Virus record (IMG/VR): IMGVR_UViG_2700989538_000002
DNA from: a virus
DNA length: 64,000 nucleotides
Strand: one strand, 5' to 3'
Below are positions 44,711-54,726 of this stretch, piece after piece; within the stretch, counting starts at the first letter, position 1, and the number at the start of each line of letters is the position of its first letter. The position numbers and the translations under genes are program-made. A model generated the notes under the pieces. The model was not told where the DNA came from, did not search any database, and saw only the letters and a list, made by a program, of their open reading frames with translations.

Positions 44711-45177
44711 CCTGGCAGCCATGGTTGGTGGTCGCTCTGGTAGCCGCGCTTGTGTTCTGGCGCCTCGATCACGTGACCGCCCAGCGTGATGACCTGCAGG
44801 CCGCCGTCGAGCAATCCGCCGAGACGATCACCGCCATGGCCCAGCAGGCCCAGCGCGACACCCAGGCGCAGGCCCAGGCCGACGCCCTGGCCCGAACCTA
44901 CCAAGCAGCACTACAGGCCTCCCATGAAGAAAACCAATTGCGCCGCGATGCTATCGGCACTGGTGCTCGCGTCGTGTACGTCAAAGCCCGCTGCCCCGCA
45001 GACGGAGTGCACCCGGCTCCCGGAGCCTCCGGCAGCGCTCATGCAGGAGGAGCCGTCCTTGCTGCCGCTGATGGACAAGTTGTTTCTGATCTCCGAGCCG
45101 GAGTCGAGCGACGCGAACTGATGATCACGGCGCTGCGTAAGCACATCGCCGGCCTGCCGAGGTATTGCCGAAGATGA
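44707..45177 (+). CDS. Rz-like i-spanin
   Basis: N-terminal TM helix WLVVALVAALVFW, then an Ala/Gln-rich coiled coil. Placed after the endolysin. Confidence 0.55.
   Translation: MTWQPWLVVALVAALVFWRLDHVTAQRDDLQAAVEQSAETITAMAQQAQRDTQAQAQADALARTYQAALQASHEENQLRRDAIGTGARVVYVKARCPADGVHPAPGASGSAHAGGAVLAAADGQVVSDLRAGVERRELMITALRKHIAGLPRYCRR
44924..45121 (+). CDS. Rz1-like o-spanin lipoprotein embedded in the +1 frame of Rz
   Basis: MKKTNCAAMLSALVLASC lipobox, then a Pro-rich short ORF entirely inside the Rz gene. Confidence 0.45.
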   Translation: MKKTNCAAMLSALVLASCTSKPAAPQTECTRLPEPPAALMQEEPSLLPLMDKLFLISEPESSDAN

Positions 45178-45917
45178 TCAGCATCAAGCCGGAAGGGTTC
45201 CAGCAGCAGCTAGCCGACCTGACTGAGCTTGAGCAGCGGCAGATTCCTTACGCGACAGCCACTGCGCTTACGCGGACCGCGCAAGGCCTGATGGATCGAT
45301 TGCGTGATGAGATGCGTGTCGTGTTCGACCGCCCGACCCCGTACACCCTGAACAGCCTGCGCATGGTGCCGGCCAGGAAAGATCGGCTGGAAGCGCGGGT
45401 TTGGTTCAAGGACGAAGCGGACGGTGCGCAGCCTGCATCGGTGTGGATTGCCCCCGAGGTCTACGGTGGGCCGCGTCGGAACAAGCCGGCCGAGCTTCAG
45501 CTCAGGGCCAAGGGGATACTGCCCGAAGGTAAGTACGTGGTGCCTGGTGCCGGCGCGGACCTGGATCGCTACGGGAACATCAGGCGCGGCCAGGTCACCA
45601 AGGCATTGAGCGGCATCCGCGGCTTCAGCCAGGCCGGGTACAACGCGAACGCGACCGATAGCAGACGGAGCAGGGCGAAGGGTAATGCTCGCCGCTACTT
45701 CGTCATGACCCGCAAGGGCCAGCCCATAGGCATTGCTGAGCGCACAGGCCGAGGCCGGGATGCTGTATCGGTCATCATGGCCTTCGTGTCTCGCCCTTCG
45801 TACCGCCGCCGGCTGAGCTTCTTCGAGATCGCGCAGCAGTACGCCGACGAGAACCTGCCACGCGAGTTCGAGGTGGCGATGCGCGGCGTTGCTGCTCGGT
45901 TCGCTGCGAGGCGCTGA
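45174..45917 (+). CDS. hypothetical phage protein, 247 aa
   Basis: ATG at 45174 within the track ORF. Confidence 0.4.
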   Translation: MISIKPEGFQQQLADLTELEQRQIPYATATALTRTAQGLMDRLRDEMRVVFDRPTPYTLNSLRMVPARKDRLEARVWFKDEADGAQPASVWIAPEVYGGPRRNKPAELQLRAKGILPEGKYVVPGAGADLDRYGNIRRGQVTKALSGIRGFSQAGYNANATDSRRSRAKGNARRYFVMTRKGQPIGIAERTGRGRDAVSVIMAFVSRPSYRRRLSFFEIAQQYADENLPREFEVAMRGVAARFAARR

Positions 45918-46036
45918 CTGATGCACCAAAGTGGTGCGTCGCGGGTCCTCCCCGGGGTGCCCCCGTCAGAGGGTAATTCGAGCCCCGCGCGCCAAATATG
46001 TATGACCTTTTTTCGGAGGTTGGTTGTTGTTTAGTC

Positions 46037-46582
46037 ATGAGCAAAAACGAAACAACCAAGCAGCGCGGATGGTTGAACAAGTCCGAGATGGCCGCGAGCC
46101 TCGGAATTTCTCCGCAAGCCTTTGATAAATGGGGCGTTCAACCAATCGAGCGAATAGGTCGAGAGGCCTTTTACACGGTGGCGGATGTGGTTGAAAACCG
46201 CATCCAGCACGCCGCTCGGAAACAACAACCTGAGGGGGAGCTACCGGAAGGTCTCGATCCCTACGCTGAAGCCAAGCTGACACAGGAGCGACTCCGGCTC
46301 ACCAAGGCCCAGGCCTACGCCCAAGAGCAGAAAAACCAGGTCCAGGACAAGCTCCTGGTCCCGGTCCCGTTCGCCACTTTCGCCCTGGCGAAAATCGCCG
46401 CCAAGATCGGCTCGGCGTTGGAGACCGTCTGCAAAACGGTCAGTCGCCGCTACCCGGATGCTGATCCCTTGGTGATGGAGTCCTTCGAGCGGGAGATCGC
46501 CTTGGCGCGAAACCTATCCGCTGAGTTCAGCGACGACATCCCGGGAATCCTTGATGAGTACCTTGCAACCCTGGATCAGTGA
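46037..46582 (+). CDS. terminase small subunit (Nu1-like, HTH)
   Basis: LNKSEMAASLGISPQAFDKWGV HTH. Immediately upstream of the large terminase subunit. Confidence 0.5.
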   Translation: MSKNETTKQRGWLNKSEMAASLGISPQAFDKWGVQPIERIGREAFYTVADVVENRIQHAARKQQPEGELPEGLDPYAEAKLTQERLRLTKAQAYAQEQKNQVQDKLLVPVPFATFALAKIAAKIGSALETVCKTVSRRYPDADPLVMESFEREIALARNLSAEFSDDIPGILDEYLATLDQ

Positions 46583-48530
46583 TCTGCGCACTGCGGTCAA
46601 GCTGGGTTTGCAGGGAATGTTCAAAGAGCCGCCGATGACGGCGGTGGAGTGGGCCGACAAGCATTTCTACATGTCGGCCGAGTCCTCTTACAACGAGGGC
46701 CGCTGGAAGACTGCGCCATTCCAGGTCGCGATCCTGAACGCGATGGGCAACGACCTGATTCGAGTGGTCAACTTCGTGAAGTCGGCCCGGATCGGTTACA
46801 CGAAGCTGTTGCTGGCCAACATCGGCTACAAGATCCAGCACAAGCGCCGCAACGTGATGATGTGGAGTCCGACCGACCCGGACGCCGAGGACATCAGCAA
46901 GAGCCACGTCAACGGCCTGATCCGCGACGTGCCGGTCATGCTGGAACTGGCGCCTTGGTTCGGTCGGAAGCACAGCGATAACACCTTGGACAACAAGGTG
47001 TTCGCGAACCGACGCAACCTCTGGATTCGCGGCGGCAAGGCCTCCCGGAACTACCGGGAGAAGTCCCCCGACGAGGTTATCTACGACGAGCTGTCGAAGT
47101 TCGACGCCGACGTCGAGGGCGAAGGCTCGCCGACATTCCTGGGTGACAAGCGCCTGGACGGTGCGGTCTACCCGAAGTCTATCCGGGGATCGACGCCTGG
47201 GGTCGCTGGCGCTTGCCAGATCACCAAGGCGGCGGAAGAGTCTCCGCACCGGCTGCGCCTGCATATTGCTTGCCCGCATTGTCAGCGGGAGCAGCACCTG
47301 AAGTTTGGCGGCAAGGATTGTGAGTTCGGCCTGAAGTGGGAAAAGAACGAGCTGGGCGAGGCCGAGCGCGCCTGGTACGTCTGTGAGCACTGTGCAGCCT
47401 GTTTTGAACACCGCGACATGGTGGTGGCCCAGGCTAAAGGCCGCTGGATCTGCGACGAGACCGGCATCTGGACGCGCGACAGTATCGACTGGTTCGGCCC
47501 AAACAACGAGCCGATCCGCACGCCGCGCTCGGTCAGCTTCTACTGCTGGGCGATCTACAGCACCTGGACGACCTGGGTGTCGCTGGTTGACGAGTGGCTC
47601 AAGGTCAAGGGCGACCGCGAGAAGCTAATCACCTTCATCAACACCACGCGCGGCGAGGTGTGGGAAGAAGAGCAGGGCGACCGCGTGGAGTGGCAGACGC
47701 TCTACGCTCGCCGCGAGAACTACCCGAAGGTGCCACCCCAGGCGCTGGTCCTGATGGGCGGCATCGACACCCAGGACGACCGCTACGAGGGCCGCGTCTG
47801 GGCCTTCGGATTGGGCGAGGAGGCCTGGCTGGTGCATCGCTTCATCCTGACCGGCGATCCCGCCAGCGAGGAGTTGCGGCGCAAGGTGGGGTTGGAGATT
47901 CACCGGCAGTTCACCCGGGTAGACGGCGTGCCGATGCGTGTCGAGCGGTGGTGCTGGGATGCTGGCGGCCACTACGCCGACGAGGTGGAGGCCGAGAGCA
48001 TCAAACACGGCGTGCATTGGGTGATCCCGACCTTCGGGGCCAGCGCCTACGGCAAGCCCATCGCGAACTTCCCGAAGCGTCGCAAGCGCAAGGTCTACAA
48101 GACTGAACTGGGCACCGACAACGCGAAGGAGCTGATCTACAGCCGCCTGCGCATTGATGTGCCCATTCCGTGGCAGCCGACGCCCGGCTGTGTGCACTTT
48201 CCGATCGACAGCGACATCTGCGACGAAGACGAACTGAAGCAGATCACCGCCGAGAAGAAGAAGCCGGTGATGGCGAAGGGTGTTCGCGTCCTGCGCTGGG
48301 ATTCCGGCGGGCGCCGAAACGAGGCGTTGGATTGCTTCGTGTACGCCCTTGCCGCGCTGCGCATCAGCCAGCAGCGCTTCGGCCTCGACCTCGATCAGAT
48401 GGGAGCCGCACGCCAGGCTGTTGCCAGGCCGGCGGTCGCCGAAGTGGTCGAGAAACATACCTCCAATCAATCTGCGCAGGACGTGACCAACGCGTTCCTG
48501 GGTACAACAGGTGGCAGTCCATGGCTATGA
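46554..48530 (+). CDS. terminase large subunit (lambda GpA family)
   Basis: Size, position and the GpA-type zinc motif HIACPHCQREQHLKFGG...CEHCAACF. Confidence 0.8.
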   Translation: MSTLQPWISDLRTAVKLGLQGMFKEPPMTAVEWADKHFYMSAESSYNEGRWKTAPFQVAILNAMGNDLIRVVNFVKSARIGYTKLLLANIGYKIQHKRRNVMMWSPTDPDAEDISKSHVNGLIRDVPVMLELAPWFGRKHSDNTLDNKVFANRRNLWIRGGKASRNYREKSPDEVIYDELSKFDADVEGEGSPTFLGDKRLDGAVYPKSIRGSTPGVAGACQITKAAEESPHRLRLHIACPHCQREQHLKFGGKDCEFGLKWEKNELGEAERAWYVCEHCAACFEHRDMVVAQAKGRWICDETGIWTRDSIDWFGPNNEPIRTPRSVSFYCWAIYSTWTTWVSLVDEWLKVKGDREKLITFINTTRGEVWEEEQGDRVEWQTLYARRENYPKVPPQALVLMGGIDTQDDRYEGRVWAFGLGEEAWLVHRFILTGDPASEELRRKVGLEIHRQFTRVDGVPMRVERWCWDAGGHYADEVEAESIKHGVHWVIPTFGASAYGKPIANFPKRRKRKVYKTELGTDNAKELIYSRLRIDVPIPWQPTPGCVHFPIDSDICDEDELKQITAEKKKPVMAKGVRVLRWDSGGRRNEALDCFVYALAALRISQQRFGLDLDQMGAARQAVARPAVAEVVEKHTSNQSAQDVTNAFLGTTGGSPWL

Positions 48531-48745
48531 ACCTTGAGCAATCGCGCGAGATTCTGCAGCGCTACATCGAAGCAGAGCAGGATGTCCTTCTGGGGAAAAC
48601 CGTCTCGTTCAACAGTCGCGTCTTGACCATGGTCGACCTGGGCGAGATTCGTCGCGGTCGCCAGGAGTGGGAGCGCAAGGTGGCAGCTTTGGAGCGTCTC
48701 GCCGGTGGCCAGTCTCGTCCCTACAAGCTGGCGGTCTTCGAATGA
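48521..48745 (+). CDS. gpW-like head-tail joining protein
   Basis: Roughly 70-aa ORF between terminase and portal that overlaps both, as in lambda W. Confidence 0.4.
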   Translation: MAMNLEQSREILQRYIEAEQDVLLGKTVSFNSRVLTMVDLGEIRRGRQEWERKVAALERLAGGQSRPYKLAVFE

Positions 48746-50388
48746 ACTGGATTGATCGGCTGCTGGCGCCTCTGGCACCGGGATTTGTCGCTCAACGCAT
48801 GCGGCACCAGGCGGTGATCCGTGCGTATGAAGCTGCGAGGCCCTCGCGCACCCACAAGGCCAAGGGAGAGACGCGTTCTGCTGACGCGGCCTTGCAATCC
48901 GCCGGCCGGTCACTGCGAGAGCAGTGCCGGTGGCTGGACGAGAACCACGACATCGTTACTGGGTTGTTCGACCGCCTGGAGGAGCGAGTGGTTGGCGGTA
49001 GCGGCATTGGGGTTGAACCCCTGGTGTTGGACCTGGCTGGCGAGGTGCATCTGGAGTTTTGCGCTCAGATCAAGAGCGCTTGGGCCGAGTGGTCTTTGAG
49101 GCCGGAGACGGCGGGTGAGTTGACTAGGCCGCAGATGGAGCGGCTGGTTTGCCGAACTTGGCTGAGGGACGGCGAATCTCTGGCCCAGAAAGTCATGGGT
49201 CCGGTGGCGAACTACAAGCACCTTACTGCCGTCCCCTTCGCTCTGGAACTGCTGGAGCCGGACTATCTGCCCTTTGAGTTGAACGACACTGGCAAAGGAA
49301 TCATTCAGGGGATCGAGCGCGATGCCTGGCGGCGCATCCGAGCCTTCCATTTGCTCAAGGCGCATCCAGGAGACATTGGAAGCGGGATCTTCCAGCAGAC
49401 CAAGCGCGTGGAGGCTGAGCGAGTTATTCACGTTGCCAATCGCAAGCGAATCGGCCAGAACCGTGGCGTACCGCTGCTACATGCCGCGCTGGTTCGTTTG
49501 GCAGACCTGAAGGACTACGAGGAGAGCGAGCGCATTGCCGCGCGTATTTCGGCGGCGATGGCCTTCTACATCAAGAAGGGGGAAGCAGCCGACTACGGCG
49601 CAAACCAGGCTCCCGCCGACAAGCGCGGTTCATTCCCGATTGCGCCAGGAATGATCTTCGACGACCTGCAGCCAGGTGAAGACCTGGAGATGTTCGAAAG
49701 CAACCGACCCAACCCGATGCTGGAGGGATACCGCAACGGCATGCTCCGCGCGGTGGCTGCTGCTGGCCGGAGTGCCTACTCGACCATCGCGCGCTCCTAC
49801 GATGGTAACTATTCATCGCAGCGGCAGGAGTTGGTGGAGGCGCAAGAGGGCTACGACCTGCTGCAACACGACTTCATCGACGACTGGTGCCGTCCGGTAT
49901 ACCGCACATGGGTGCCTTTGGCGATTGCCTCTGGCGTGCTTCGGGTGCCGCCGGATGTGGATGTGAGAACCCTGTTGTCGGCCGTTTACCAAGGTCCGGT
50001 GATGCCCTGGATCAATCCGGTTCATGAGGCCAATGCCTGGGAAACCTTGGTCAAGGGTGGTTTCGCCGATGAAGCCGAGGTGGCTCGAGCTAGAGGACGC
50101 AACCCGCAGGAGTTGAAAAAGTCCCGCGCCTCCGAGATAGCGCAGAACCGCGAATTGGGATTGGTGTTCAGTTCGGACGCAGCGCACAGCCTGACCAAGG
50201 ATCGGCAATTGACCGCCGTTGAGGCGATCCAGAAAGCCTATTTGGGTGTTGGGAAAGTACTCACCAGCGACGAGGCGCGACGCCTGGTCAACCAGTACGG
50301 CGCCGATCTGGAGATCCCAGGCCCCGACTTCACCGAGGAAGAGAAACCGACAGGAGGCGCCGATGGGCAGCCAACGGAAGATGAGTAG
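48742..50388 (+). CDS. portal protein (lambda gpB family)
   Basis: 548 aa, in position after terminase and W. Confidence 0.8.
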   Translation: MNWIDRLLAPLAPGFVAQRMRHQAVIRAYEAARPSRTHKAKGETRSADAALQSAGRSLREQCRWLDENHDIVTGLFDRLEERVVGGSGIGVEPLVLDLAGEVHLEFCAQIKSAWAEWSLRPETAGELTRPQMERLVCRTWLRDGESLAQKVMGPVANYKHLTAVPFALELLEPDYLPFELNDTGKGIIQGIERDAWRRIRAFHLLKAHPGDIGSGIFQQTKRVEAERVIHVANRKRIGQNRGVPLLHAALVRLADLKDYEESERIAARISAAMAFYIKKGEAADYGANQAPADKRGSFPIAPGMIFDDLQPGEDLEMFESNRPNPMLEGYRNGMLRAVAAAGRSAYSTIARSYDGNYSSQRQELVEAQEGYDLLQHDFIDDWCRPVYRTWVPLAIASGVLRVPPDVDVRTLLSAVYQGPVMPWINPVHEANAWETLVKGGFADEAEVARARGRNPQELKKSRASEIAQNRELGLVFSSDAAHSLTKDRQLTAVEAIQKAYLGVGKVLTSDEARRLVNQYGADLEIPGPDFTEEEKPTGGADGQPTEDE

Positions 50389-52453
50389 CGCGCCGCTGCT
50401 GGCCCCACAGGCCATGGCGTGCGCATTGACCAACGACACCAAGCCGGCGGAAAGCTGGTACAGCATCAAGGCGCTTTCCCGAGGCGTTGCCGAGATTCTG
50501 CTGTACGACGAGATCGGCGCTTGGGGCATCACCGCCCAGCAGTTTGCCCGAGAGCTGAAGGCGCTTGGTGACTTGTCACTGATCAGCCTGCGGGTTCACT
50601 CGCCGGGCGGAGATGTCTTTGAGGGAACTGCGATCTACAACCTGCTCAAGCATCATCCGGCCAGAGTTGAAGGCTACGTTGATGGCTTGGCTGCATCCAT
50701 GGCCACTGTTGTTCTCATGTCCTGCGATGTGATCCACATCCCCGAGAACGCAATGATGATGGTGCATCGCCCATGGGGAATCCAGGGGGGCGAGGCGGAC
50801 GACATGCGCCGCTACGCTGACCTGCTGGAAAAGATCGAGGGCACCATGGTTGCCGCCTACATGGCGAAGACCGGGAAGTCCGAGGAAGACATCAAGGCTT
50901 TGCTCAAGGCTGAGACCTGGATGGATGGCCGCGAGGCCGTCGAGGCCGGCTTTGCCGACCAACTTACCGAGCCGCTCGCCGCTGCTGCTCAACTGACCTC
51001 AAAACGCATGAAGGAGTTTGCCCACATGCCCGAAGCACTGAAAGCCCTGATGCAGCCGCGCGCGTCTACCCCTGCCGCCGCTGCTCCGACCCCATCTCCG
51101 GCCGCACCTACCTCGCAGCCGGCTCCCGCCGCACCGGATGAAGCCGCCGTGCGTGCCCAGATCAACGCCGCCGAGAACACCCGCCGGGAAGGCATCCGCG
51201 CCGTGTTCCAGCCGTTCGCCGCCTCCCACGGCGAAATGCTCAACGAGGTGCTGCTCGACAGCAGCGTCACCATCGAGCAGGCTCAAGCCAAGCTCCTGGC
51301 CTCGCTGGCCTCTGGAGCCACTCCCAGCGCCGGCCCTTCCGGCAGTCAGGGCGCAAACAGCCTCGTGTACGCTGGCAACGGCAATCTGGTTGGTGACTCC
51401 GTCCGCGCCTCCGTTATGGCCCGTGCCGGCCTGGAAGAACAGCAGAGCGACAACCGCTACAACTTCATGAGCCTGCGCGAACTGGCGCGTGCTTCGCTGG
51501 TCGACCGTGGTATTGGTGTTGCCTCCTACAGTCCGATGCAAATGGTTGGCCTGGCTTTCACTCATACCACCAGCGACTTCGGCACGATCCTGATCGACGT
51601 GGCCAACCGCTCCATGTTGGCCGGCTGGGACGAGGCCGAGGAGACCTTCCAACTGTGGACGAAGAAGGGCATGTTGTCCGACTTCAAAACGGTGCACCGC
51701 GTTGGCCTCGGCGAGTTTCCGTCCCTGCGCCAAGTGCGCGAAGGCGCCGAGTACAAGTACGTTACCGTCGGTAGTCGCTCCCAGCCGATCGCCCTGGCCA
51801 CCTACGGCGAGATCTTCAGCATTACCCGCCAGGCCATCATCAACGACGACATGAACCTGCTCACCGACATCCCGCGCAAGATGGGCATGGCGGCCAAGGC
51901 AACCATCGGCGATCTGGTCTACGCCATCCTGACCAGCAACCCGGTGCTGTCGGACGGCAAGGCTCTGTTCCATGCCGATCACAAGAACCTGCAGACCGGC
52001 GCAAGCTCTGCGCTGTCCATCGAGTCGCTGAGCAAGGCTAAGACTCAGATGGCTACTCAGAAGACCGAGGTGGAAGGTGGGAAGCCTCGCACGCTCAACA
52101 TCCGGCCGGCCTTCGTGCTGACCCCTGTGGCTCTGGAGGATAAGGCCAAGCAGATCATCCGCTCGGCCTCGGTGCCCGGCGCAGAATCGAACTCCGGCAT
52201 CGAGAACCCGATCCGCAACTTCGCCGAGGTGATCGGCGAGCCGCGGCTGGATGACAACTCGGCTACTGCCTACTACCTGGCCGCTCGCCAGGGCTCGGAC
52301 ACCATTGAGGTTGCGTACCTCGATGGCAACGAACTGCCCTACATGGAGCAGCAGCAGGGCTTCACCGTCGACGGCGTAGCAACCAAGGTCCGCATCGACG
52401 CCGGCGTGGCGCCCCTGGACTTCCGTGGCCTGCAGAAATCCAACGGCGCCTGA
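50363..52453 (+). CDS. prohead protease (ClpP/S49-like) fused to major capsid protein, 696 aa
   Basis: N-terminal region DEIGAWGITAQQFARELKALGDLSLISLRVHSPGGDVFEGTAIYN...SMATVVLMSCD is ClpP-like (Ser...His). An Ala/Pro-rich linker and a roughly 400-aa capsid-like C-domain follow. Confidence 0.65.
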   Translation: MGSQRKMSSAPLLAPQAMACALTNDTKPAESWYSIKALSRGVAEILLYDEIGAWGITAQQFARELKALGDLSLISLRVHSPGGDVFEGTAIYNLLKHHPARVEGYVDGLAASMATVVLMSCDVIHIPENAMMMVHRPWGIQGGEADDMRRYADLLEKIEGTMVAAYMAKTGKSEEDIKALLKAETWMDGREAVEAGFADQLTEPLAAAAQLTSKRMKEFAHMPEALKALMQPRASTPAAAAPTPSPAAPTSQPAPAAPDEAAVRAQINAAENTRREGIRAVFQPFAASHGEMLNEVLLDSSVTIEQAQAKLLASLASGATPSAGPSGSQGANSLVYAGNGNLVGDSVRASVMARAGLEEQQSDNRYNFMSLRELARASLVDRGIGVASYSPMQMVGLAFTHTTSDFGTILIDVANRSMLAGWDEAEETFQLWTKKGMLSDFKTVHRVGLGEFPSLRQVREGAEYKYVTVGSRSQPIALATYGEIFSITRQAIINDDMNLLTDIPRKMGMAAKATIGDLVYAILTSNPVLSDGKALFHADHKNLQTGASSALSIESLSKAKTQMATQKTEVEGGKPRTLNIRPAFVLTPVALEDKAKQIIRSASVPGAESNSGIENPIRNFAEVIGEPRLDDNSATAYYLAARQGSDTIEVAYLDGNELPYMEQQQGFTVDGVATKVRIDAGVAPLDFRGLQKSNGA

Positions 52454-52519
52454 TCGGCGCCAACTCCCGAGCCCCGCATCTAGCGGGGCTTTCTGTTTCT
52501 GCCATTAGGAGAATCAACC

Positions 52520-52837
52520 ATGGCGAAGAACTATGTGGAGGACGGCGACGTCCTGACTCTCATCGCGCCCTCTGGCGGCGTTCAGTCCGGTGTGCCGGCG
52601 GTAGTAGGTGACCTGGTGGTGGTGTCGCTGGTCAACGCTGCCGAGGGAGAACCTTTCGCTGGGAAGTCTGGCGGCGTCTGGCGGCTCCCGGCTGCCGCTG
52701 GCCTGACCCAGGGTGCCAAGTGCAGCGTGCTCGATGGGGAACTGGTAGCTGCTGCCACTGCCGACTCGGTGGCGTTCGGCAAGATCACCGAACCCACCGT
52801 TGACGGCTTCGCGTCGGCGATGCTGATCCAGCAATGA
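52520..52837 (+). CDS. DUF2190-like head protein (decoration/cement candidate)
   Basis: Position after the capsid gene. Gly/Val-rich 105-aa protein. Confidence 0.4.
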   Translation: MAKNYVEDGDVLTLIAPSGGVQSGVPAVVGDLVVVSLVNAAEGEPFAGKSGGVWRLPAAAGLTQGAKCSVLDGELVAAATADSVAFGKITEPTVDGFASAMLIQQ

Positions 52838-53163
52838 GCGCGCCGGGCCGTTTTGGCCGGCTGATCCAACGGCTCCACGATCGTGGGCAGCAGCGGTTAT
52901 CTGATGCCGTGGGCGAGTTCCGCGGCATCGGTCGCCCCCCGATCAAGGGGATACCGCTGCAGGTCGACCGAAACCTCACCTACGAGCGGCCTGATGGGGT
53001 TTTCATCACGGACAAGGTTGGGATCAGTTGGCTGGCGAAGGACGTTCCAACGGCATCGCGTGGCGACCTCTTCGTCATCGGGTCGTCGCGCTATCTCGTG
53101 GAAAAGCTCATTGCGAACGACGGTTGGTTGCTGACGGCAGCAACGATCGAGGAGGAAGCATGA
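52834..53163 (+). CDS. head-tail connector candidate
   Basis: Position. ORF in the track. Confidence 0.35.
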   Translation: MSAPGRFGRLIQRLHDRGQQRLSDAVGEFRGIGRPPIKGIPLQVDRNLTYERPDGVFITDKVGISWLAKDVPTASRGDLFVIGSSRYLVEKLIANDGWLLTAATIEEEA

Positions 53164-53630
53164 AGCCGAACGTGCTCACGATCGGCCGCTTGGCCTTGCT
53201 GGCGCGCCTGCAAACCATCACGCCAAACCAGGGATACCGGACAGACGCTGGCACTCGTGTGCTCTCCGGGTGGTTTAACGAGCTGGTCAAGGAACGGCAC
53301 GAGGGCTTTCCGCTGATTGTTGTCCAGCCCGGCAAGGAGCAGCCGCCGGAGCATCTTGATGCCGCCGTTCGCTTCCATCGTGGCTTCGACGTGGTGGGCG
53401 CGGTGCAAGGTGGGTATGACCACTATGAGGAGGCCCTGGAGGATCTACAGCTAGACCTTCTGGCGTGCCTGATGCCTGCCCCCAAGGGGCAGTTCCTGCG
53501 CTGGCTGCCCCGAGAGCGCGGCATTACCGGGCTGACGTTGGGGGCGCCTGAGCCGTACCCGCCGGGTGATGGAGTGGCCGCTGCCGTGATTCGAATCCCT
53601 GTCTATCTGAAAACCATCATCGAGGGGTAA
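53160..53630 (+). CDS. tail completion / head-tail joining candidate
   Basis: ATG at 53160 in the track ORF 53028..53630. Confidence 0.35.
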   Translation: MKPNVLTIGRLALLARLQTITPNQGYRTDAGTRVLSGWFNELVKERHEGFPLIVVQPGKEQPPEHLDAAVRFHRGFDVVGAVQGGYDHYEEALEDLQLDLLACLMPAPKGQFLRWLPRERGITGLTLGAPEPYPPGDGVAAAVIRIPVYLKTIIEG

Positions 53631-53633
53631 CCC

Positions 53634-53828
53634 ATGAAGAGCGATCCCCAGGTGCCGGCCACGGTCGACGCCGCGCCTCCGGCTGCGCTGAACAAAGCCG
53701 TCGAGGTCACCCTGGCCAAGGTGCATTGGCACCAAGGCGAGGAGAAGGCGGCCGGCGAAAAGATCAACGTCAGCCCTGACCAGGTTGAATTCCTGCGCCG
53801 CGAAGGCGTGATCAAGAAGGAGGCCTGA
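53634..53828 (+). CDS. hypothetical small protein
   Basis: ORF in the track. Confidence 0.3.
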   Translation: MKSDPQVPATVDAAPPAALNKAVEVTLAKVHWHQGEEKAAGEKINVSPDQVEFLRREGVIKKEA

Positions 53829-53829
53829 T

Positions 53830-54582
53830 ATGGCTATCGAGAAAGAGACGTACGTGATCGGCGGCTGGCTGAAGGCACGCGAGGCAGGGACTACAGGGCC
53901 TTTCAAGAAGGTAGGTCTGGTATCCACCATTCAGCAGACCATCGAGAGCAGTGAGATCACGCTACCCGACACCACCACTCCGCAGGGCGGCGAGTACGAC
54001 TCGGTATCGCGCATCTCCTCGGTCGGCCTGGGAATCAACTTCCGCGAACTGCATACCCCGATGCTGGCGGCCCTGATGTGGGGCGACGCCACCAACGTTC
54101 CCTCTGCCACCCACACCGACGAAGCGCACACCGCTGTTCCGGGAGGCACGATCGCGCTCGACTTCATGCCGCTGGAGATTACCAGCGTGAAGAGCGATGA
54201 CGGCACCACGACCTACGAAGAGTTCGACGACTGGAACATGACCGGGGCCGGGCTCGAGATCGTTGAAGGGGGCGCGATCTCTGCGGCCACACCGATCAAG
54301 GTGACCTACAAGTCCGCCACCGTCGATGTGATCGAGGCGCTGACCAACAGCGGCAAGACGTTCGAGTTCCTTTTCGAGGGCGAGAACGCCGCTGGTACCC
54401 AGCGCCGCATCCAGGCGCGCTACTTCCTCTGCCGCTTAAACCCGTCGAGCCAGCAGGATTGGATCAACACCGAAGACTTCCTGGCCGCCGAGGCCACTGC
54501 CAAGGTGCTGATGGACCCGACCAAGGTCGGCGCTGGAAAATCGAAGTACTTCAACATCAAGAAGGAACTGGCGACGGTGTGA
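53830..54582 (+). CDS. major tail (tube) protein
   Basis: 250 aa, located before the chaperone (G/GT) and tape measure genes. Confidence 0.55.
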   Translation: MAIEKETYVIGGWLKAREAGTTGPFKKVGLVSTIQQTIESSEITLPDTTTPQGGEYDSVSRISSVGLGINFRELHTPMLAALMWGDATNVPSATHTDEAHTAVPGGTIALDFMPLEITSVKSDDGTTTYEEFDDWNMTGAGLEIVEGGAISAATPIKVTYKSATVDVIEALTNSGKTFEFLFEGENAAGTQRRIQARYFLCRLNPSSQQDWINTEDFLAAEATAKVLMDPTKVGAGKSKYFNIKKELATV

Positions 54583-54726
54583 CGCCGTTCATGCCCGGCA
54601 GGGACGCCAGGCGAGCAATCTCTGATTCCGATCTGTCATTGTCACTACCAGAGCCCGGCTATGTGCTAGGTTTTGATGCTGGCGCAGTGATGCTAAAGTC
54701 CTCTTCATCATACAGGGAGGACGGCT

